From a virus (Duplodnaviria; Caudoviricetes): a stretch of DNA of 29,490 nucleotides. The notes beneath the pieces are model-generated. The model did not search any database. It saw nothing but the letters and a program-made list of their open reading frames with translations, and was not told the DNA's origin. This document shows, piece after piece, positions 1 through 5,358 of the stretch. The stretch is from IMG/VR virus record IMGVR_UViG_3300042347_001054, positions 1-29,490 of that record; one strand, given 5' to 3'. The first letter of the stretch is position 1; every line of letters begins with the position of its first letter. The position numbers and the translations under genes were made by a program.

Positions 1-1
1 T

Positions 2-445
2 CGTGGCTTTACCACTGCCCCTGAAATTGCTCCTCCCATTGGTCGCATTGTTGACAGGGATTCGGGCACGTTTGGCGTGGAAACGTTTGACTATGGTGAT
101 GTAGAAATTGCCGCTGAAGTGGGCTGGACTAATTACAAGCGCGTTGCTGATGGCATCGTTTCGCTTTATCAACGCACTGGCCTTTTCCATGGTTATTCAT
201 TTAATTCGTGGAGCGATATGGTTATTTACGACGAAGCATTCCTGCGTGATTGGTTAGAATCTTCTCAGACGAGCCTCTATTACAGCCTGCAAGTCCTGCC
301 TGATACTCAGCGTAAGGACGATGCATATGCTGCATTGGACGACGATTTTAAGAGCATGTTTGGCTTAGACGAAGAGTCTGAAGCTGACGGATCTTCTGCG
401 TCTTGCAATTTAGAGGCTGGATTTTGCGCTGCCTGCGCTGAATGA
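2..445 (+). CDS. nrdA: Ribonucleotide reductase class I alpha subunit, C-terminal part (5' truncated by window)
   Basis: Frame is open from base 2 (RGFTTAPEIAPPIGRIVDRDSGTFGVETFDYG...). It matches the cyanophage RNR C-terminus, with the SLYY tyrosine pair and a terminal CxxC redox pair (CAACAE). A ferritin-like beta gene follows. Confidence 0.9.
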   Translation, partial: RGFTTAPEIAPPIGRIVDRDSGTFGVETFDYGDVEIAAEVGWTNYKRVADGIVSLYQRTGLFHGYSFNSWSDMVIYDEAFLRDWLESSQTSLYYSLQVLPDTQRKDDAYAALDDDFKSMFGLDEESEADGSSASCNLEAGFCAACAE

Positions 446-474
446 AAAAAGAAGGGGGCCTAGAGCCCCCTTTC
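445..474 (-). terminator. GC-rich hairpin between nrdA and nrdB, terminator-like on the minus strand
   Basis: AAGGGGGC(452-459)-CTAGA-GCCCCCTT(465-472). The A-run at 445-450 gives a U-tract on the minus strand; the plus side has only TTTCT. Confidence 0.55.
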
Positions 475-503
475 TCCTCACACACCTGCACGATACTACG
501 ACC

Positions 504-1241
504 ATGAACGCTGTCAAGAGCCCCTATCTGTCCATGATTTCTAAGAAGCGCCCCTGGCAGGCCGTGCCTGTTAGCAAGGGAAAGCTTAAGGAAGGTGGCG
601 AGGACACGATTTACAATCTGCTGGCTCTGCGTCATCTGGAACTGCCTGTGAAGGACTTTCTACAGCAGGGACTAGAGCGCGACCTTCCTGCCACTCCTGG
701 CGTGGTTGAAGCCCTGCGTCATAACCAGGACGATGAGCAACGCCACGACGAGGCATTGAACTACGTGACGGCTGCCCATGGCACCAATGAGAAGGCCGAG
801 AAGGAAGTGGCGAACATCCTTAAGGCATGGCAAGAGCATCCTGCCCATCCCATTTTGAAAGCAGCCATTCTTGAGCGGAGTATTTTCTTTGTTGCATTGC
901 CGTTTTTCCGTTTCAATGGTGACATTGGCATTCGTACTGTGGCGGCTGATATTAGCCGGGATGAAATTACGCACGTAGGCGTGCATAGCCTTGTTGCTCG
1001 CGAGCTTGGCGAAACCGCTGGTCAGAGCTTGAACAAACTGCGTCGGGCCACTGCATTGTGGGCTTTTGATGCGCTGCAAGCCAGTAATGACAAATGGCTG
1101 AACAAGGATTTCTGGCTGCGTCAGAGTGATAGCTTGTTCGAGAAGGGAAAAGCCGAAGAGCTAAATGATACGGCTCGCAGCAGAATGCCCAGTTTTTTCG
1201 AGGCTGCCAACAATGACCTGCCCCAGTACGGACGGGCATGA
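504..1241 (+). CDS. nrdB: Ribonucleotide reductase class I beta subunit (ferritin-like dimetal protein)
   Basis: Dimetal ligand pattern E (HLELPV), ExxH (DEQRH), E (ILERSIFF), ExxH (DEITH); adjacent to nrdA. Confidence 0.85.
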   Translation: MNAVKSPYLSMISKKRPWQAVPVSKGKLKEGGEDTIYNLLALRHLELPVKDFLQQGLERDLPATPGVVEALRHNQDDEQRHDEALNYVTAAHGTNEKAEKEVANILKAWQEHPAHPILKAAILERSIFFVALPFFRFNGDIGIRTVAADISRDEITHVGVHSLVARELGETAGQSLNKLRRATALWAFDALQASNDKWLNKDFWLRQSDSLFEKGKAEELNDTARSRMPSFFEAANNDLPQYGRA

Positions 1242-1247
1242 TATAGT
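1239..1247 (+). promoter_or_regulatory. Candidate extended -10 promoter
   Basis: TG-A-TATAGT overlaps the nrdB stop and lies just upstream of the structured non-coding region. Confidence 0.4.
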
Positions 1248-1248
1248 T

Positions 1249-1421
1249 AGTGGGTTCCCGCTCTGCTTTTGCATCGGGCCGATAGAGTCCAAGCCTCTGT
1301 TCGTCCTTGAGGCGCTTTATGCTTGGACCATCCACTCCCCTCCATGCTTAGCTCCTAGACGGAGACCATTTTGTTGGCGCCAACAATATGGTTTTTAGGG
1401 ATGACGCACAAACAGGAGGGG
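1249..1421 (+). ncRNA. Candidate structured RNA upstream of a tRNA-like element
   Basis: Nested stems AGTGGGT(1249-55)/ATCCACT(1330-36), CCCG/CGGG, GTCCAAGC(1287-94)/GCTTGGAC(1321-28), CCCCTCC(1337-43)/GGAGGGG(1415-21), and a 16-nt palindrome at 1371-1386 extended by ACCAT/ATGGT. Confidence 0.5.
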
Positions 1422-1425
1422 CCCT

Positions 1426-1495
1426 GACGGTTAAGTGTTGTGGTACACGTTGGGCAGATGGCCCAGAATGCTAGGTTCGATTCCTAGGGCTGTCC
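1426..1495 (+). tRNA. Atypical or degenerate tRNA-like cloverleaf (nominal anticodon GAT, non-canonical loop)
   Basis: Acceptor GACGGTT/GGCTGTC (3 G-U pairs), D arm GTGT-TGTGGT-ACAC, anticodon arm TTGGG-CAGATGG-CCCAG, T arm CTAGG-TTCGATT-CCTAG. It has A8/U14, A33 and C73, and no encoded CCA. Confidence 0.65.
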
Positions 1496-1523
1496 TATGA
1501 TGAGCTTTCTTCTCCATTGAACC

Positions 1524-1727
1524 ATGGCACGGTTTCGCATCGTACAAAAGCCTTCAGTATTAGATCCACGGAGGCCCATGTATGAAGTGCAGGAAAAAGA
1601 GCTTTGGTGGTGGAATTTTCGCAACGTGTTTCACGATTTAAATGAAGCTGAAGAGTGGACCATTAAAATAATCGAAAATATGGAGCGGCCATTTGTAAAA
1701 ACTGGCGTGGTAGGTGAATATAAATAA
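1524..1727 (+). CDS. Hypothetical protein (67 aa)
   Basis: ORF whose stop overlaps the next start (TAATG); a TATGAT -10-like box lies at 1496-1501. Confidence 0.7.
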   Translation: MARFRIVQKPSVLDPRRPMYEVQEKELWWWNFRNVFHDLNEAEEWTIKIIENMERPFVKTGVVGEYK

Positions 1728-2284
1728 TGAGTGCTTTCGTCACGAGCGACACTCACTTCGGTCACGCGAAGATGATTGATTTTGCTCGCCCCGATGGCGA
1801 GCCATTGCGTCCATTTGCATCGTGTGAAGAAATGGACGAAACTATTATTGAACGATGGAACAAAAAAGTAGGAAAACGTGATACTGTCTACCATCTTGGC
1901 GATGTGGTTATTCCTCGTGCATCGTTAAAGCTTCTTTCTCGGCTCAATGGAAGGAAAATTCTCATTCGCGGCAATCATGATCAAGGCGCATTAAAAGACT
2001 ATTTGCCATATTTTGAAGACGTGAGGGGAGCATTTTTTCATCCTTGTGACAGCACTTTTCCTGGCGGTTTAATCTTCACGCATATTCCTGTACATCCATC
2101 GTGTTTGTCTGGGCATTACGCGGGCAATGTACATGGTCATTTGCATTGCCATCGTATTTTGGATGACAATGGGCAAATTGATAAGCGCTATTTCAACTGT
2201 TGTCTAGAAGTGAATGACTTTGCTCCAGTAGCATTTGAAAGGGTGAAGGATTATTTCCGTGACTCAAGAAAGACGCACGTTTAA
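1727..2284 (+). CDS. Calcineurin-like metallophosphoesterase
   Basis: All five motifs present: SDTHFGH, HLGD, GNHD, THIP, HGHLH. Confidence 0.92.
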   Translation: MSAFVTSDTHFGHAKMIDFARPDGEPLRPFASCEEMDETIIERWNKKVGKRDTVYHLGDVVIPRASLKLLSRLNGRKILIRGNHDQGALKDYLPYFEDVRGAFFHPCDSTFPGGLIFTHIPVHPSCLSGHYAGNVHGHLHCHRILDDNGQIDKRYFNCCLEVNDFAPVAFERVKDYFRDSRKTHV

Positions 2285-2498
2285 CACGCCCCTGCGTGAA
2301 CCGCTCAACCCAATCATTTATCAATCATTGAGAGCCATTGATTGGCACAATGCTCAATTTTTCCGTACCATGGACCATTGGCATCTTGAAAAAGCTGCCA
2401 TCATTAGACAGTATGTAACAGAACTAAAGGCTTGGATTTATGGGCAGGAAGAAGCTATGGAGGGTGTGGGCAAAGGCTCTGGGGAACAAGGAGAGTAA
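2259..2498 (+). CDS. Hypothetical protein (79 aa)
   Basis: GTG-started ORF in the same gene run, overlapping both neighbours; helical-looking sequence. Confidence 0.6.
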   Translation: MTQERRTFNTPLREPLNPIIYQSLRAIDWHNAQFFRTMDHWHLEKAAIIRQYVTELKAWIYGQEEAMEGVGKGSGEQGE

Positions 2499-2646
2499 TT
2501 GTGACAAGGAAGCAGATACAGTGGCAATTGTCCGCACTTTTATTTTTGCTTCTTATCTCATCACCAATTGCTTCATCATTGCCAATGCGATTGTCCACTG
2601 GCCAAAAGAAAAGCCCGCCGTAGCGGGCTCTTGTCTTCAGCAATAA
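2440..2646 (+). CDS. Small membrane protein of a type common in cyanophages
   Basis: WRVWAKALG...EAD.VAIVRTFIF..YLITNCFIIA...HW pattern recalled from cyanophage hypothetical proteins; one hydrophobic segment. Confidence 0.7.
   Translation: MGRKKLWRVWAKALGNKESNCDKEADTVAIVRTFIFASYLITNCFIIANAIVHWPKEKPAVAGSCLQQ
2604..2629 (-). terminator. Rho-independent terminator for the minus-strand peptide/tRNA transcripts
   Basis: Minus strand reads AGCCCGC-TACG-GCGGGCT followed by TTTCTTTT. Confidence 0.7.
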
Positions 2647-2667
2647 GCTTCAGAACCAAGGCATTGG

Positions 2668-2787
2668 TTAAAACCAATGAGGCTTAGGCACGTAGGCAAC
2701 GCCGCGATAAACGAGCGAAGCCATTTGAGCTTCACGCAGACGAGCGGCTTTCTCAAGCTGCTGCTTGATTAGGGCAAGAGGGTTCAT
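2668..2787 (-). CDS. DUF4278-like small protein (39 aa, absent from the ORF track)
   Basis: MNPLALIKQQLEKAARLREAQMASLVYRGVAYVPKPHWF*; carries the L-x-YRGV-x-Y motif and lies directly downstream of a glutamine-II riboswitch. Confidence 0.88.
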   Translation of the reverse strand: MNPLALIKQQLEKAARLREAQMASLVYRGVAYVPKPHWF

Positions 2788-2801
2788 GATGGTTCCCGAT
2801 G

Positions 2802-2855
2802 ATGCTGCCCCCGTTCCGTGGCAGCGAGCATGCGCCCCATCGCTGGGGTGAACGT
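2802..2855 (-). promoter_or_regulatory. Glutamine-II riboswitch (Downstream-peptide RNA motif)
   Basis: Minus strand CGTTCA-CCCC-AGCGAT-GGGG-CGCA-TGCTCGCTGCC-ACGGAACGG-GGGCAGCAT: P1 CGTTC/GAACG, P2 CCCC/GGGG, pseudoknot GCTGCC/GGCAGC; upstream of a YRG peptide. Confidence 0.88.
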
Positions 2856-2861
2856 ATCTTC

Positions 2862-2870
2862 AGCTTAGCA
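2862..2870 (-). promoter_or_regulatory. Extended -10 promoter for the riboswitch transcript
   Basis: TG-C-TAAGCT ends 6-7 nt before the first base of the riboswitch. Confidence 0.6.
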
Positions 2871-2873
2871 TGA

Positions 2874-2948
2874 TGCCCCTGACCAGATTCGAACTGGTAC
2901 TCCTCTGGGCTTAAACCAGATGCCTGCTGCCAATTGGGCTACAGGGGC
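2874..2948 (-). tRNA. trnL: tRNA-Leu (anticodon TAA), short variable loop
   Basis: GCCCCTG/CAGGGGC acceptor, TCTGG-TTTAAGC-CCAGA anticodon arm, ACCAG-TTCGAAT-CTGGT T arm, discriminator A, followed by TCA rather than CCA. Confidence 0.92.
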
Positions 2949-2949
2949 G

Positions 2950-3104
2950 TGAGGAGCAAAGGTGCTGAGAGCGGGGCTTCAATCCGCCTTTGCACAGCGT
3001 TTAACCATGGGTCGGCCCATGGCCTTGGCTCCATTTTGTGGCAACGAACAGCATCCCCCGATACTGTTCTTTTAAAACGCTGGCCAGCGTGCTTCGCGAA
3101 AGCT
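2950..3104 (-). ncRNA. Candidate structured RNA leader 5' of tRNA-Leu
   Basis: Stems 2956-62/2987-93, 3005-11/3016-22, 3046-55/3060-69 (G-U only on the minus strand), long-range 2995-3002/3075-82, palindrome 3077-3090 and hairpin 3091-3103. Confidence 0.55.
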
Positions 3105-3109
3105 TTGAA

Positions 3110-3118
3110 ATCATAACA
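3110..3118 (-). promoter_or_regulatory. Extended -10 promoter for the leader RNA plus tRNA-Leu
   Basis: TG-T-TATGAT on the minus strand, ~6 nt before the first hairpin. Confidence 0.6.
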
Positions 3119-3127
3119 CGACGATGG

Positions 3128-3391
3128 TCAGGCGTCATATTCTCTTAAGCTTTCACTGCCGTCATGGTCTGGCATGTAGTCATCAGTAGTAGCCTCCGCC
3201 TCCCAAGAGCGTTCAAGCTGCTCCTCTTCCTTCAGTCGCTTGGCATGGGCCTTGAGCTTCGGGAGTAATGTGGGGATGTATAGATGCTCGGCAGCAAGAA
3301 GCTGGAGAGAAGTTTGCTTGCTAGTGGGAGCGTTTTCTAATAGTGCTACGAGGAATTTGGTTTCCTGCATAGTTAATTTACAATAAGTCAC
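3128..3391 (-). CDS. Hypothetical protein (87 aa, acidic tail)
   Basis: ORF co-oriented with and downstream of the terminase; start is either GTG 3391 or ATG 3370. Confidence 0.6.
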   Translation of the reverse strand: MTYCKLTMQETKFLVALLENAPTSKQTSLQLLAAEHLYIPTLLPKLKAHAKRLKEEEQLERSWEAEATTDDYMPDHDGSESLREYDA

Positions 3392-3422
3392 TTCATGACA
3401 GAACTATTGTTTGAAAATCATA

Positions 3423-4793
3423 CTAGGAGATTAGGCTTTCGATCCAGCCAATGTCATCATCTTTACTCGCGGCAAGAATGGCACCAGCCATTGCAAATGC
3501 CAAGTCGTCAATACCAGTGGCTTTGCCACCAGTTACACTCCATTGCCCACTTGGTTTATAGACCACCGTTAAGTTCTTAAGCTGCATAATTGCCTTCTCG
3601 TGACGATAAATATTGATTTGTCCTGCATTGAAAAGTTCTCGCATTTTGCTGAAAGCTTTCATTTTTGAACTAACTGTCCAAGTGAGTTCTGTGATGGGCA
3701 AATCACTAGCCAAGCTTTGAATGGTGCCAGCACTATTGAACTGGTCCATCACAATCGTGTCGAAAACGTATAGGCGATGCTGTTCTTTAATCCAATCTTC
3801 CACTGCATTGATATTCACTTCCTTTCTTCCATTGATTTCAAAATCAGCTACGAACGAATGGAACTTATCCACGACGAGAGTGCCGTTTTCGTAGTGAACA
3901 ATACAAGCAGTGTAATCGTCGCGGCCAACGCCACCACGGGCGGGGTCAAGGGCAAGGACGTAAGCTCCTTGGAATTCAGGGCGTGGTGGTAGTGCTGCAC
4001 GGCGATCATCAATACAAGCATCAATCACATCGCTATTGACTAGCGCCGAAAGATTGGAGGCGAATTGTGCTCCATACTCAACCTTAAACTTTTCGGGATC
4101 ACGCTGTCTTTCTGTGTCAAGAAACTCTTGCGAAATATTGGGGTTCATCTCCCACGTTGGGAGATTCACTGCTTGCATGAAAGGGAAGCGCCCTGATGAT
4201 GCTTCTTTGAAATGCTGGTAGAAAATACCATCGGTCAACCATGGAGAGGAAAGTTCAAGGATGCGTCCTTTTCCTCCGAACTGAGCAATGGCGGGTGAGA
4301 GTGCGTCATAAATGCCCCTTCCTCCGCTGTTTGCATCGCCTTCAGTGGCAAATGCAAGCTCGTCAAACACTGCTCCAGCGCAGGCAAGACCACGAGCCGC
4401 ACGGCCTGATGTGGGAATAGCTTTGAATACGCAATTATTGCTGAGTTCAATGATGTCGGCAGTTTCGCGAACAATTTCTTGAGCGAAGGGACTTTCAATG
4501 ATTAATTGGCGGATGTTGTTCAGAGCAATACGGGCCTGATCTTGGCTGTTGGCCACCGTCACCACGTACCATCGCTCCCCTTTTCTAACTGTGCGGCGAT
4601 ATTCTTCTTCCAGAACAAAGCACATATAGAGGCAAGCCACTGCGGCCATCAAGGTTTTGCCACTTCTTCTCCCCAAGGCCCACACTGCATGAGACTTTCC
4701 TGGCTGAAAAAATTCATCCAGAATGCGAGCCTGTGCTGGATAAAGCTCTAGACCGAGGGCGTGCTTAGCGAATTGACTGCAAGTAAGGTTCAC
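3423..4793 (-). CDS. terL: Terminase large subunit
   Basis: Q motif (LYPAQ), Walker A GRRSGKT, Walker B AVFDE, coupling motif LSSP, RNase H-like nuclease acidic residues (LALDPA, VMDQ, IDDLAFA). Confidence 0.93.
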   Translation of the reverse strand: MNLTCSQFAKHALGLELYPAQARILDEFFQPGKSHAVWALGRRSGKTLMAAVACLYMCFVLEEEYRRTVRKGERWYVVTVANSQDQARIALNNIRQLIIESPFAQEIVRETADIIELSNNCVFKAIPTSGRAARGLACAGAVFDELAFATEGDANSGGRGIYDALSPAIAQFGGKGRILELSSPWLTDGIFYQHFKEASSGRFPFMQAVNLPTWEMNPNISQEFLDTERQRDPEKFKVEYGAQFASNLSALVNSDVIDACIDDRRAALPPRPEFQGAYVLALDPARGGVGRDDYTACIVHYENGTLVVDKFHSFVADFEINGRKEVNINAVEDWIKEQHRLYVFDTIVMDQFNSAGTIQSLASDLPITELTWTVSSKMKAFSKMRELFNAGQINIYRHEKAIMQLKNLTVVYKPSGQWSVTGGKATGIDDLAFAMAGAILAASKDDDIGWIESLIS

Positions 4794-5284
4794 TTCAATA
4801 AAGACAAAGAAAGTAGTTCAGTTTTGGGGGCAAAATATGCGAGGCGCCCACCTGCTGGATCTTTTTTCCATTGTTCCTTCATTGCATCACCAGCCTTGAT
4901 CCAGCCATGGATGAGGGTAATGCGATTTTGAATCGTGACGAGCACCAATATCTTACCTGGACTTTCGTCTAGTTGCACTATTAAATCGTAATAATGTTTG
5001 GAGCGAGTTTTAACATCAATATTTGGAGGAAGATCCGCAGAGCCACGTTTTGCCTCTGTTTCTTGGTAGAGCTTATCTTCCATGCCAAGCATCACGGCGA
5101 CTGCCATTTCTCCCGCAGCTCCGAGTAAGTGATGGCGCAGTGCTAAATCTCCATTCTCCGCTCCATTGTTCCTGCCTTTTCTGTTTTGCTTTTCATTGAG
5201 AGACTGCCTGCGAAAAGCTTCATCACGAGCCCGTTGGCGCTGATCAGGAGTGAAGGCAAAGGTGAGTGGCATTAACCAGTCCAT
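4790..5284 (-). CDS. Putative PD-(D/E)XK-fold nuclease-like protein
   Basis: G-x-x-GE helix followed by D...IDVKT; its stop overlaps the terL start (GTGA). Confidence 0.55.
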   Translation of the reverse strand: MDWLMPLTFAFTPDQRQRARDEAFRRQSLNEKQNRKGRNNGAENGDLALRHHLLGAAGEMAVAVMLGMEDKLYQETEAKRGSADLPPNIDVKTRSKHYYDLIVQLDESPGKILVLVTIQNRITLIHGWIKAGDAMKEQWKKDPAGGRLAYFAPKTELLSLSLLK

Positions 5285-5358
5285 AATGGCCAGCTTCTAC
5301 GGACAATGTATCCAGGAATTAGACTAAAAGCAATACAACATAGCCATTAGCGTTCGTT

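Noticed and set aside
1165-1398. 77-aa ORF over the structured region (and 2934-3116 over the second one)
   Set aside because: They overlap nrdB or the tRNA, have no SD and unnatural composition; the regions are better explained by RNA structure.
1249-1497. Possible tmRNA
   Set aside because: No G3-U70 alanine acceptor, no tag reading frame, and the cloverleaf is self-contained within 70 nt.
1249-3104. Short words shared by the two structured leaders (CCCGCTCT, CTGTTCGT, GGGCCGA)
   Set aside because: They occur in different order and 7-8-mers are near chance expectation for sequences of this length; not evidence of homology.
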